64,000 bases of DNA from assembly GCA_951406725.2 (NCBI GenBank), contig OX597817.1:67084001-67148000 (forward strand), written 5' to 3'. Made by a program: the position numbers and the translations under genes. Shown piece after piece: positions 1-12,238 of this stretch. Within the stretch, counting starts at the first letter, position 1. Every line of letters starts with the position of its first letter. Origin of the DNA: Octopus vulgaris (Eukaryota). The notes beneath the pieces are model-generated. The model saw only the letters and a program-made list of their open reading frames with translations, had not been told where the DNA came from and ran no database searches.

Positions 1-231
1 AAGTTAGTCCCCCTCTTTCTCTCAGTAATTACCATTACCCCACATTCCATTACAAAACAGTCGTCATCTTCTGCGGTGAGTACGTACTCCATTAAGCTAC
101 TACTGTATGCTTATCTGATGCGTAGTGCATTTCTCTTCAGATGTTTATTCATACCCGAGCCCGACAAACTAGGTCTCTCTATGGAGCTTGCGAAACTTTA
201 AGTTGTATGGGGACGAATCAAACTATCTTAC

Positions 232-280
<49 letters not shown>

Positions 281-2034
281 TAAACAGCTGGATACATTAC
301 TGCAGGCAATACTGGATTTACCAAAGAAATAAACATGAAATTTGACTAAGAAAAATGTGCCAAAGTTATCTTGAAAGGAGGAAAACTAGTTAAGAGTAAC
401 AATATCACACTAGATAAAGCAAATGAAATAAGAAAATTAGACCAAAGCTAGAACACTAAGTTAAATACTAAGGAATCAATGAACTAGATACGATACAACA
501 CATACAAATGAAAGAGAAGGTAAGAAAGGAATACTATAGATGAGTTAGATTAATACTGAAAACAGAGTTCAATGTGAAAAACAAGATAGTAGGTATCCCA
601 GTTTTAAATTACAGCTACGGTATTCTTAACTGGACTCTAAAAAATAATCAAAATAGACAGGAAAATAAGAAAAATAATAACGGGATTTAGGATTCATCAA
701 CCAAAATCTCTCTCTATATAAACGGCAGTTTGTCTGTCTGTGTGTCTGTGTGTCTGTCACGTTGTACCCTCACCCTGACCACGGCTTTCAACCGATTCTG
801 ATGAAACTTGACACACACATAGCCCAATGTCATAATTAAAAACTAACGCAGCGAAAATTTTGAAAAGTTCCCCCAGTTCTGAAAAAAATTGATAAATTCA
901 ACATGGGGTCGAGAATCTAAGCTTTTTATTTGCAACACATTTTCTGTTGTAGTTTTCGCAACTTGCAATCGATTTTCACCAAACTCATGGTGAAGCTTAA
1001 TGTTACCCTAAGAAACTTAATTCTGACATTAGTTTTCCATGCAATACCTTACCATCAGAAAAACTCGATAAAATCATGCCATTTTGGGAAAACGCGTTCA
1101 AATTCAAGATGACATATTTTCGACAATATCTTTCACAAATTGGCAGGAATTTAAAAAAAATTCGCAGCGATCATCATGTCTGCTCCAGGGGCTCTTACAT
1201 ACCCGGGCAATGCCGGGCTATGCTGCTAGTCTGACATAGAAAGGTTATATAGAAAACGTATCGAAGGTGGTAGTGGCCTTATACAGCTAGAAAGCTATTG
1301 CAAAATAACCACCGTAGGATTACAGAAATACCTACTTAAGAAGCAAGGAAAACTGATACAAATAGCCACAAAACACGAACAAAGTAAAAAACTGTTTTCT
1401 GTCTTTAATGAAGCTGGCAAATACGAAAAAAAAGCCATTGTACTTAACAACTACGAAGAAACAACAAAAACTATAAAACAACTGAAATCCAAACTAAAAC
1501 TGGAGCCGCAACGTATCATGATAAAACGATTGCAAGAAAAAACCCTACATGGCAAATATTTGGTTAAACTAATCAGAAAAGAAATAGACAAAGCAAAATC
1601 CCGACGATGGCTGAGAAGCTCAGGACTCAAAGCAGAGATTTAAAAGGCCACAGAAAATGAGAAAGCAACCATACTCTGGGATATGCCAATACGCATAGAG
1701 AAACCAAGGCTAATTAGCCGGATGTAATTGTCAGAGATCATCAAGAAGAATGCTTTCTAATCAATTAATCAATACCAAAGAAACAGAGAAACTTTCAAAA
1801 TACAAAAATCTGGAAATAGAGGTGTAGGCGCATTAGGTATGATGACAAAAACACCAGGACTTACAAGTATATATAGCATACGGAAAATAGCACTACTAGG
1901 CACCACACACATCCTACGTAACACTCTTTCAATACAGTGAAAATAAGAGCACCACAACAAACCACACCACATACCCAAGACACACAGAGCTGCGTTCGGT
2001 AGTGCAGCGAAAGCACGTGATAAAAATAAGACTA

Positions 2035-2037
<3 letters not shown>
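281..2037 (+). mobile_element. 5'-truncated, decayed R4/Dong-clade non-LTR retrotransposon (RT C-terminal part + restriction-like endonuclease)
   Basis: Broken frames give KEINMKFD*EKCAKVILKGGKL, QPKSDIERLYRKRIEGGSGLIQLE (once the Helitron is removed), ENEKATILWDMPIR, KAN*PDVIVRD and ALLGTTHILRNTLSIQ*. Flanked by (AAT)n at 232-278 and 2038-2093, the known Dong target repeat. Confidence 0.85.
707..1229 (+). mobile_element. Non-autonomous Helitron inserted in the R4/Dong element
   Basis: Starts TC and ends CTAG. Subterminal hairpin CCCGGGCAATGCCGGG at 1202-1217. Sits between A706 and T1230 with no TSD. Removing it restores the host reading frame. Confidence 0.9.
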
Positions 2038-2095
<58 letters not shown>

Positions 2096-2309
2096 GTTTC
2101 TAGTTTTGGCACAAGACCAGCAATTTCGAGGAAGGAGGGGATAAGTCGATTACCTCGACCCCAGTATTCAGCTGGTACATATTTTATCGACCCTGAAAGG
2201 ATGAAAGACAAAGTCGACCTTGGCAGAATTTGAACCCAGAACGTAGTTGCAGACGAAATGCCGCTAAGCATTTCGCCCGGCGTGCTAACGATTCTGCTAG
2301 CTCGCCGTC
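2096..2309 (-). mobile_element. tRNA-derived SINE, family A (head GGCGGCGAGCTGGCAGAA, core GCCTTTCATCCTTTCGGGGTCGATAAA)
   Basis: Reverse complement matches the copy at 5799-6030 in head and core, with an alternative tail (TTGTGCCAAAA). The core resembles the Meta-type SINE domain (from memory, not searched). Confidence 0.85.
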
Positions 2310-2389
2310 TTAGCCAGCTCCACCTTAGGACACTGGGTTTCGACAAATGATTCTAACAAACATGCAGATTAAAAATAAATAATAATAAT

Positions 2390-2605
2390 CTGCCCATATC
2401 CTACGTAAAATACTATGTAATCTCAAATTCTAAAACAAGCTCATAACTTTCTTGTTTTCTTAAACATTCTCTAGAACAATACTGTGTGCAAAACCAAACA
2501 TATGACACCCTAGGTATAACACCAACAGGAACTTCTGACTTGTCTCTCGAGGTCTCTGGTTGAGACTTGGAGCCAACTTGTACAAATACAAGGTAAAAGT
2601 CAAAC

Positions 2606-2606
<1 letters not shown>
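2390..2606 (+). mobile_element. R4/Dong-type 3' end fragment
   Basis: AHILRKIL C-terminus plus 3' UTR, lying between (AAT)n tracts. Confidence 0.65.
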
Positions 2607-2663
<57 letters not shown>

Positions 2664-2665
<2 letters not shown>

Positions 2666-3117
2666 GACCGGGAAGAAAATTCCTGCAGACTAATAGAGGT
2701 AAGCGTCCCCACTGATAAAAATATATCTATAGAGGAATTTGACAAACTTAGTAAATATAAGGACCAGGAAATCGAAATACAAAAGATGTGGAATCTTAAA
2801 ACAAAAACTGTTCCTGTTATTGTAGGTGCCCTAGTTCAGGTATGAAGAAAAAAGGATGTCAGAAACACCTAGACAATATCCCTGGAGAACCATGTCTCAA
2901 GGAAATCCAAAAGATTGTGCTAACAAGTACTGCCCACATCCTTAGAAAAACCCTATCAATGTAAATGTTTGTGTTGTATTACATGGAGATATTTCTCTAC
3001 TTCCCCTCCCCAAGCTTTCAGCTATATTTCAATAACTCTTAACCTTCACTTGCCCTAGGGCGCTGGGTGTGCCCCGGCAAGTGATTGCATCAAACATGCA
3101 GATTAAAAGTAAATGAC
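2664..3117 (+). mobile_element. R4/Dong-type 3' fragment (RLE domain + 3' UTR)
   Basis: KDREENSCRLIEVSVPTDKNISIEEFDKLSKYKDQEIEIQKMWNLKTKTVPVIVGAL, then after a frameshift EIQKIVLTSTAHILRKTLSM*. Bounded by (AAT)n on both sides. Confidence 0.85.
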
Positions 3118-3146
3118 AATAATAATAATAATAATAATGATAATAA

Positions 3147-3436
3147 TTGCAAAAATTTGGAATTTGAAAACTGTAAAAAAGTTGAACTTGTTATAATTGG
3201 TGCATTGGGAACTGTAAGTAATGATATAAACAAATGGTTGAAGGAGATTGGAATAGAATGTTCGGTAGAGCTTCTACAGAAAGTTTGTCTCTTGGGGACA
3301 GGAAAGATTATCAAGAGAGTTTTAAGCACTTGAAAGACCATTGAAATCTTGTGAATACATAAGGTTACAGGTAGTAATCCGCTACCCACATAAATTTCAG
3401 CCAGGAATATGAATAAACATGAGACAAATTACCAAT
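3147..3436 (+). mobile_element. R4/Dong-type 3' fragment, different subfamily
   Basis: KKVELVIIGALGTVSNDINKWLKEIGIECSVELLQKVCLLGTGKIIKRVLST*, a typical RLE-element C-terminus. Follows (AAT)n. Confidence 0.8.
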
Positions 3437-3442
3437 AATAGT

Positions 3443-3500
3443 ACATACATACATACATACATACATACATACATACGTATGTACGTACGCACATACATAC

Positions 3501-3531
<31 letters not shown>

Positions 3532-3574
3532 CACACATACACACATACACACATACATACATACACACATGCAT

Positions 3575-3614
<40 letters not shown>

Positions 3615-3762
3615 ACATACATACATACATACATACATACATACATACATACATACATACATACATACATACATACATACATACATACATACATACGTAT
3701 GTACGTACGCACATACATACAGGCGTACATGTATACGTACATACAAACAGACATACATACAT
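3443..3762. repeat. Compound (CATA)n/(CA)n microsatellite, representative of dozens of SSR tracts in the window
   Basis: Direct reading. Confidence 0.95.
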
Positions 3763-3921
3763 GAAACCTTAATTTTCGTGCATAAAAATGACCGTATTTT
3801 TATTTCAATAAAGATAGGATAGAACACGAAAGAACACGGTAGTCAGAAGGAAAATAGGCTTCGCGTTACAGATCCCCATGTTACAACACGATTTCCCTAG
3901 AACGTGAGAAGCTGGAAGCCG

Positions 3922-3971
<50 letters not shown>

Positions 3972-4459
3972 ATATATATGTGGGTGTGTGGGTGTGTGGG
4001 TGTGTGGGTGTGTGTGTGCGCGTGTGTGTGTATGTGTGTTTAATGGAAAGAAACCATTTCGACGAATACAGAGACAGATAAGGCTGAAAAAAGGGAGTAA
4101 GAGAGAAAATGAAAGGCACACACACACACGCACACACACTGAGGGAAAGAGAGAGAAAGTGAGAGAGAGAGAAAGAGGGAGAGGGGGGAGAGAGAAAGAG
4201 AATATATACTTTGTTCAATATTTCTGTGAATAAACAACATTCTCTGATAAAACTGAAGAGTGAAAAACTATAGACATGTAAGTTTCCTGCCTGTCGCAGC
4301 CCTCAGGTTTAACCAAGTATGACATTGCATTGCAGAAGTTTGATAATTTTCGTCTGGTGTTAATAGATTGTTGCTACTAGCCCGCTCACCATCACGGGAA
4401 AGCGACTATATGACCAGTAACAGACAAACCTCTCTCAAATTTCACCTCGCCATATTATA

Positions 4460-4682
4460 TATTTCTTTACTACCCACAAGGGGCTAAACACAGAGGGGAC
4501 AAACAAGGACAGACAAAGGGATTAAGTCGATTCCATCGACCCCAGTGCATAAATGGTACTTAATTTATCGATCCCGAAAGGATGAAAGGCAAAGTCGACC
4601 TCGGCGGAATTTGAACTCAGAACGTAACGACAGACGAAATACGGCTACGCATTTCGCCCGGCGTGCTAACGTTTCTGCCAGT
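4460..4682 (-). mobile_element. SINE family A
   Basis: Near-full reverse-complement match to 5799-6030. Confidence 0.9.
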
Positions 4683-4924
4683 TCTATAAAACCAAAGACA
4701 ACATTGGATAATGCAATCTTAGATACCTGAACGAAAGTCGAGCCTGAGGTGGCTGTAGCTGGAGCTAAACAACAATAAAAATATCAACCTCCAATAACAC
4801 GACGACGACGACGACCATCACCACCACCACTACCACCACCACCACTTCATTATAATCATAATAATTCTTTCTACTATATGCAGAAAGCTTGAAATTGTGG
4901 TAGCGGTGATTACATGAGCCATAG

Positions 4925-5500
4925 TGCCCAAACGGAATGTGCAGTTTGCGGCGTTAGACCACGTCAATAAAGAGGCTGGAAAGACTAGAAAGTCTAGCAA
5001 TAATTGAAAAAGTCGACCATTCAGAATGGGCAGCTCCGACGGTTTATGTAACGAAAAGTAAATAATAAATAATAAACTGAGAATTTGCGCGGACTTAAAA
5101 TGAAAAATATTAAGTTGAAAAAAAAAAAAAACACCTAAAAAAAACGCTGAAATGGGAGAAGGGGTGAATAAAGTAAAATGAAATTACTTGCTTCCCAAAG
5201 AAAAACAAAAATAAATGGGGAGATATTGTAGTGAAAATGGTACTCCGCTTCCTATGTGACAAAGTGGTATGAGTCAGCCACTATAAAGTAAGACAGTCAG
5301 TCGTTGTAGGAGCTCAGTAGTAGTAAATTTGTACGAATTCTCAGTTGGAGTCAGTGTCTGTTACGTGTTATACGACGTTTGAAAGTCACTGTCTTGCGGA
5401 GCTCTTCGCGATAACACGATTGACAAGTCAAAGATTAGAAGACGCGGATTACATCCACAACATAATAGTGGCGACAAGAATATTAGTGCCGAGTGGACAA
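4925..5500 (+). mobile_element. Ty3/Gypsy remnant: pol fragment, PPT, short LTR-like segment and PBS-like motif
   Basis: PKRNVQFAALDHVNKE / LERLESLAIIEKVDHSEWAAPTVYV / NNKLRICADL (RT N-terminus). Purine tract at 5213-5223. TGTAGTG..CACAACA at 5227-5462. TGGCGACAAGAAT at 5469. Confidence 0.7.
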
Positions 5501-5798
5501 GGATCCACATTATAACAGAAATCTTAGCGGTATTCGTCCTAGCTCTGACTTCAAATCTCGCCGAAGTTAACTTTGCCGTTCATCCTTTCGGCGTTGATAA
5601 ATAAATACCTGTCTATCACACACACATACACACACACGCGCGCACACATGGATATGTTCGTCTGTCAGAGTGACGGGGACCATCGATAACCATGACAGAT
5701 GACTTGCACAGTGACTTTGCTTAAAGTAAACTGTTGCGTACTTCAACTTCAGTCTCTCGTCTGTGACCATCTTCAGCGCAGTGGTAAGATCAGGTCAA

Positions 5799-6030
5799 AG
5801 GCGGCGAGCTGGCAGAAACGTTAGCACGTCGGGCAAAATGCTTAGCGGTATTTCGTCTGCCGTTACGTTCTGAGTTCAAATTCCGCCGAGGTCGACTTTG
5901 CCTTTCATCCTTTCGGGGTCGATAAAATAAGTACCAGTTACACACTGGGGTCGATATAATCGACTTGATCCGTTTGTCTGCCCTTGTTTGTCCTCTCTGT
6001 GTTTAGCCCCTTGTGGGTAATAAAGAAATA
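5799..6030 (+). mobile_element. Full-length SINE family A with 16-bp TSD
   Basis: tRNA-like head with a GAGTTCAAATTCC B-box-like motif. TSD GGTAAGATCA(G/A)GTCAA at 5783-5798 and 6031-6046. Confidence 0.92.
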
Positions 6031-7187
6031 GGTAAGATCAAGTCAAGAAAATTGGGGACGGAGACGGATGCAGTGGATGGCCAACATGTCTTGCTTGCTT
6101 CATTTTGCTCTCTGCATTTCTAATGCATTGTTGCGGCCGCTTTCCATTCCGTTGAACCATGAAGGTTTCTTCCGCAGAGTCTGCAGGATTAAATTTTTAC
6201 AGGCATAAGTAGGCAAACCCTAATATGCTGATTAACGCGTAACTGGGGTCCTGACAGGTGCTACTACTCTGGGTCTGAGCAGATCTGGGGACAAGAATAG
6301 CTAAGAGGTAGTTCCGCATTCCTTAAAACCTTGGAACTCCCGAATCAAAGCCTCACCACCGGATGCAGTTTGAAGTTATATCCAGGACAGAGATAGGGAG
6401 GGGGAGAGGGAGAGAGGGAGAGATAGAGAAAGAGAGAGGGGAAGAGGGAGAGAAAGAGGGAAGAGGGGGAGAGAGAAGGGGAGATGGAGAAAGAGAGAGA
6501 GGGGAGAGAGATAGAGAAAGAGAGGGAGAGAGAATCTGTCTGTCTATCCCTCTGTGTCTTTGTCTGTCTCTCTTTCACTTTCTCTCTCTCTCTCCCTCTC
6601 TCTCTAACTCTGTGATATGACCTCGAGAGTGTCGGGCTTCACCAGATTTAAATGCCCAAAGAACACCATACGCCACGACGGCGCCTCTGTGATACATTCC
6701 GATTATCCATAGTCACTCCCACACTTCTTCATGATAGCAACATGAAAGCAGGACTCATATGTGCATGTAATTCTTTGATTCACGTGAATAACAACCACAA
6801 CAACGACAACTACGACGATGATGATGATGACGACGACGGTGATGATGATAATAATAGTAAATGAAAAGGGAGAAAGTAAAGGAAACATTAGCAAAATGTA
6901 AAGTATAAATATGCACTAAGAAAAAAGAAAAGAAAAAAATGTGAGACCACTTAAGGATCCATTGAAGGCCACTCGGAAGAGGAAGTTGTCGTAGTAAGTG
7001 ACCCTCACTTTTAGGTGGAGTTTGGTATTTCCTCCAAAGCATGTTGTAATAGCAGGCAACTATGGTGGACAGAACGTGAGCAAAGCGTGCTAAACTGTCA
7101 GTGCGAAGACAAAGCAGCCAAAATACTTTTGCTTTTTGTTTTTCTTTTCCTCTAACCATGCTGTTATATAATTATCGTTTTTTTTTT

Positions 7188-7553
7188 TTTACTTGTTTCA
7201 GTCACTAGAACTGCGGCCATGCTGGGGCACTGCCTTGAAGAATTATAGTCAAACAAATTAACCCCAGTTCTAATTTTCTAAAATTCTGGTACTTGTTCTG
7301 TCGGTGTCTTTTGCTGAACGGCTGAAATACGGGGATGTAAACAAACTAACGCTGGTTGTAAAGTAGTGGTCGAAAGTACAAACACAGACTTAAATGTACA
7401 AACACACACACACACACAGAATTCTACTAAATTCACTCACAAGTCTTTTGATCGTTTCAGCGCTATGGCAGACATTTACCCAAAGTGCCGTGCTGTGAAA
7501 CTGAACCCGAAAGACATGATTACAAATTGAGCTTCTAAACCACACAACCATGC
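7188..7553 (-). mobile_element. SINE family B (diverged)
   Basis: Reverse complement shows the GACTGAAACAAGTAAA tail and a TGGTTGTGTGGTTTAGAAGC head, like 42029-42390. Confidence 0.8.
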
Positions 7554-8422
7554 TGGTGTCTATCCATGTCTCTGAACTACAATTTTACTTTATTTTAAGC
7601 GAGGCACTGTAAGCATTCTCTGGTAACCTATTGAGCTCTCTCTATTGTAATGTACCAGTATGGGGTGCCTAAACAGGAGTAGCTCTATGTAGACTCTCGA
7701 CCTACCAGAGGTAGCAGTCAAATTTCTTTCAAATTACATCCTTTACCGTCTCTAGTAAAGGAAATAATATATTATATATTGCTAACGTGGTTCTTACACT
7801 ACACAGTGTTAGAGGAACGGGCAGCATGGGCACTAGTGAAATATCTTTGATCATGCATCTACTCAATGTTGACTTAGGACATATTCAGTCAAAGGCATTC
7901 GAGCCTGTCCAAATTATTTACTAAACACAAATGATCTCAGGCTATATATTACAATATGACCGGTTGCCATAAACTCCATAGTGGGAAAGAATGCTTCCCG
8001 TGATTAGAAACCTAGACTCAGGTTTGATACACGATTGGAGCCACCTCATTTCAGTTACTGGATTAATGTTCTTAAGATAGGTATAAACATCACAAAATCG
8101 CATTAATTCTTTTTTTTTTGTAACTGTATATTTCGATTGTTGTACAATACAGGAAAATAAAAAAAATATTTTATTTCCATAGCTCAATTTCGGATTCAGG
8201 TTAGAACTATTTAATTTTTTGCCATTGGTCAGCATTATCATAAACCTAGAAATATGGCGCGTGATGAGACCAATTAAATTTAAATTACATTGTTTTACAA
8301 GAGGAAAGAGAACAAAGGGTTAATAGTTCAAAACTTTATTCTGTTAGTACTTCAGCTATGTCGCTAATTCTAATTCTTAGTTTACCATTTTCAGTTTATG
8401 AACCAGAAACCTCATCCCATAC

Positions 8423-8453
<31 letters not shown>

Positions 8454-8481
8454 CATACATACATACATACATACATACATA

Positions 8482-8553
<72 letters not shown>

Positions 8554-8663
8554 ATAACAAAGGGTAAAATTAATTAACTAGTTATCAATAATTTCACCAA
8601 GTAGAATTCGGCATGAAACGGGACATTTCTCGGTAAATTTAAGTAATATTTTATAATAATATT

Positions 8664-9208
8664 TTATAATTAGGGCTCAGCAAAGATTTGCTTTACCACA
8701 TACCGAAGTTTAGAAATAGCAGCCAGAGAACCTTAGCTATTTCCTCTACTTTAAAAAGTTTTTTTTCTGTAGGATTTTTACTTGACGACGCACGTGGACA
8801 GGCAAGGGAAGGTGATGAACCTCATTCGTATGTTTTTGAATTCGGCGGTATTGGACGTTGAATGTAGTATGTCTAATTCTGTTAGTTGGAAAGGTACATT
8901 GGATTCTTCCATTGCCTCCGGGTTTAATATTATATTATATTGTGAAGTTCCATGCTGACAAAGAAAGTGTTCCGGGTAAAATATAAATTCTACATTCTTT
9001 ATACCGAACTAATTCTGAAACGCGTACATGGGTAATCAAATATCGATTGATTTTCGTTATTCTTCATCTCTGCCTGCGTGGATTGTTTTCGAGTACTTTG
9101 TTTTTGTCCGGGAATCTCTTTTTAAAGTAGAGGAAATAAGGTTCTCTGGCTGCTATTTCTAAACTTCGGTATGTAGTAAAGCAAATCTTTGCTGAGCTCT
9201 AATTATAA
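8664..9208. repeat. ~95-bp inverted repeat (8664-8758 / 9118-9208) enclosing a hammerhead-like motif; probably PLE pLTR-derived
   Basis: The arms differ by 2 substitutions and a 4-nt indel. Confidence 0.85.
8950..9031 (+). ncRNA. Type I hammerhead ribozyme motif (degenerate, G8A)
   Basis: CCATG-CTGACAA-AGAA..TTCT-GAAA-CGCG-TA-CATGG: stem I CCATG/CATGG, stem II AGAA/TTCT, palindromic stem III ACGCGT, GUA cleavage site. Confidence 0.65.
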
Positions 9209-9879
9209 TATATACATATTCAATATTATGACTGTATTGACCACACAATATCAGATGGAAATATCAATAACACTGCAAGATAAAGGAAAAAATAGATAAA
9301 ATCCAATCTTCTGGTCATTACAAGATCCTCCTCAGTCTACATGTCACCATGGTGGTGGTCATAGTTAGAGCTGTCAGAGAGTCGGATGAGATGTTTTATG
9401 GCATTTGATCTGGCTCTCTGCATTCTGGTTTCAAGTACCGCCATGGTGCTCCATCCTTCGGTTTAACATTAGCATCTAGCCGCTGGGCTCCTTTTACTGA
9501 CGAACTTACCCGGTTGCAAGCATTTTGGTTAGGTCTTTAGTTTGAAGATGCATTCTTCTTCAGTAGACTCGGGGGCGCTGAAAAGAATTATCTTTCTTCC
9601 TAAATTAACGATAAAGACGAAATGTATGTATGATGCACATATGAGACTACACCCATTCGGAAAATGAACTGAAAATTATGTTGATCAATTAGTCAAATGC
9701 ACCAAAACTACTTAAAAAAGCAAGGCAAATTAATTAAAACTGCAATTAATTGCAATTTATCCGCTTTCATTAAGAAAATTAAAAAGAAATATCCATCACA
9801 ATAATTTACCAATTTACAAATTTACGAGATGAAGCTGATAAGATAGATCATAAAAATATGATTTTAAAAATTAGAACAA

Positions 9880-10200
9880 ATTCTAGAAAAATAAAAAATA
9901 AACTAATTCAATGCCAGAAATAAGTTTTTACGTACGACAGACTTTCAGTATATAAACATTAACATAATAAATTGGAGATTAAGTGAACTGAAGAAACTAT
10001 ATTGAGAACCCAGAACTCTATTCAGAAAGAGGGACCAAATGCTACAAAATATATAAATATAATAAAATTAAATATAATTACAAAGGAGCAGCTGTGGATC
10101 TTTAAGAAACCAAATATGAGAAGTCAATAATGTATAAAGTAAAAACTATGTGCACAGAGAGAAAAGGGATACTATAAAAATAAAACAACAACAAAATACA
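9880..10200 (+). mobile_element. Possible heavily decayed PLE N-terminal fragment
   Basis: ENPELYSERG and KGAAVDL*ETKY resemble NKSNYTPPKG and DKGSAVVLMETEYY of the PLE at 12239-13591. Confidence 0.35.
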
Positions 10201-10406
10201 TACAAATGAGAAAATCTAAATGGGTCTGTGCAACACACACACACATTCATAAATGATGTTGAGTAGGGATTTCTTTTTACCTATCTACCTGTCTGTTTAT
10301 CTGTCGATCTGTCGGTCTTTCTGATTGTCAGTGAGTGTGCGTGAGCGTTCGTGTATGTATATATATATACATGCAGGTATGTCTCTCTTTCTCTCTGTCT
10401 CCCTTC

Positions 10407-10472
<66 letters not shown>

Positions 10473-11114
10473 GAAATGAAGAAAATGCTGACAAAATAAT
10501 TTAAGTAAGGGAGAGTGTATTTAATTAGGTGAAAGTTCTTTGCGCATTTGTTATGCTTATCAAAAGATAATTTTTTAAGAGAGATAGAGTTCCTTTCTGA
10601 TAGATTTTTTTCTCTTATCTGACTTTATGCTGGGTTTGCTGTCTCTTATATGTGGAAAAAAAGAGGCTCCAGAGTTGTTTAAGATTTGCTTGGTTTCGCG
10701 CCTACAATTTCTTGTGGACAATGGTCAATACAATTTTGATTGGTCATTATAAAGGGGTCACGTGTATGTTTGAATGGAAGTTGGTGTTGGGGTAAGAAAA
10801 TAGGCTCCAGAGATGTTAAAATTTGGCTAGTGTCGCGCCTAAAAATTCTTATTGGTCATAATAAAGAGGTCACGTGGATGTGGTCATAATAGAGAGGTCA
10901 CGTAAATGTTTAGAATGAATGTTGTTGTGGGTGGTGTATGGAGTTTTCGAAAATAGCGTTGTTGAAAATTCTTATTGTTCAGGCTGGTCAGTAGACGTCA
11001 TGTGGATATTTTAAATAGCTTTTTAGCGCGTAGTTAAAGAGTGTATTTTCCGCTTGACTGAATTTGAGCTGGATAAGTAAGTTCGTTTAGGACAGGAAGA
11101 TCTATATGTATGTA

Positions 11115-11157
<43 letters not shown>

Positions 11158-11441
11158 ATATGTATGTTGGGGCGCGCGCGCGTGTATATATGTGTGCGTG
11201 TGTGGGTACAATTTTCAATATTTATAGTTCTGCTGGCCTTGTGCCTGTATCGGGAAGCAACGTGTTTGTGTGAAGTCAATATTTACAGTCATTTCCAAAA
11301 AATAGTGTTGGATGTTTTGCACCCGTATCAAATTATGTGTATATGTGGAACCATATATTTGCGTGTGTCATGGTGTTAATATCTGGGTAAAAGTGTGTGT
11401 AGGGTGTGTGCAGGTGTAAGTGTGTTTGTTGTGGGTTCGTG

Positions 11442-11963
11442 TTAGGAGGATGTGTTTAGAAGTGGTCTGTATTTATTAATAAGGTGGGATTCCATGGTTA
11501 TTTGCTGGGTATGAGTGGCATTGTCTTTAAATTTGTAGAGGGGAAAGATTCTAAAATTGGGATGAAGTTGTGCGGCACAGGTATCAATATGTGCACTAAG
11601 TGCTATTTTTCTGTATTCCTGTATTTTTATTTGGGATCTGTGGACAGTCATGCGTTGGCGGAGGCTATTTTTAGTTTGGCCTATGTAGTGTTCATTACAG
11701 CCCGAGCAAGTTAAGACATATACTAGGTTTTCTGATGCACATGTGAAGTTGTGTTTTACTGTGAAACGTTGTCCTTGTTTAAAAAGGAATTCCGGACCTT
11801 CTATTAGGTTGATGCATATACCACAGTTGGGTCTATTGCATTTGTTTACTGTGGGTTTAGTTGTTGTGGTTGGCAGTACTTTGGCATTTGTTAGGATGGT
11901 TTTCAATGATTTGGGTTGCCTTTTGCTCTTTATGATTTCGTGTGTTAGGAGGATTTGGTTCAT
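11442..11963 (-). pseudogene. PLE GIY-YIG endonuclease with Cys-rich linker
   Basis: KCNRPNCGIC, NLVYVLTCSGCNEHYIGQT, LRQRMTVH, ESHLINKYRPLLN. Confidence 0.92.
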
Positions 11964-12238
11964 TCTATGGTCCTTTTTTAATACAGGAATGTTCTGGAGG
12001 ATGGTGTCAAAAGCTTCATTGTTGAGGGGGTTGTGTGTAGAGATGTATGGTAGAGTATGGGGTTTCGATGTAACAGGTTTAGGGCGTCTAAGTTCCTGTG
12101 TGCTGAGTTTTAGGGCGCGTTGGATCCCATTGTCAATTAGTGACGTGGGGTAATCCCTGCTTGTTAATGTGTCCTTAAGTTCTTGTAGACGTAAGAGACG
12201 GGTGTTTTTATTGGAGACTATAGTGCAAATTCTCTTGG

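Noticed and set aside
798-810. CTGATGAAAC inside the Helitron as a hammerhead core
   Set aside because: No stem II or stem I/III can be built around it.
5799-5890. SINE heads as tRNA genes
   Set aside because: No complete cloverleaf; they continue into SINE core and tail and carry TSDs.
10525-10570. Minus-strand TTGATAA-GCAT..ATGC-GCAA as a U3-A8 hammerhead variant
   Set aside because: GAAA is broken and there is no stem I pairing.
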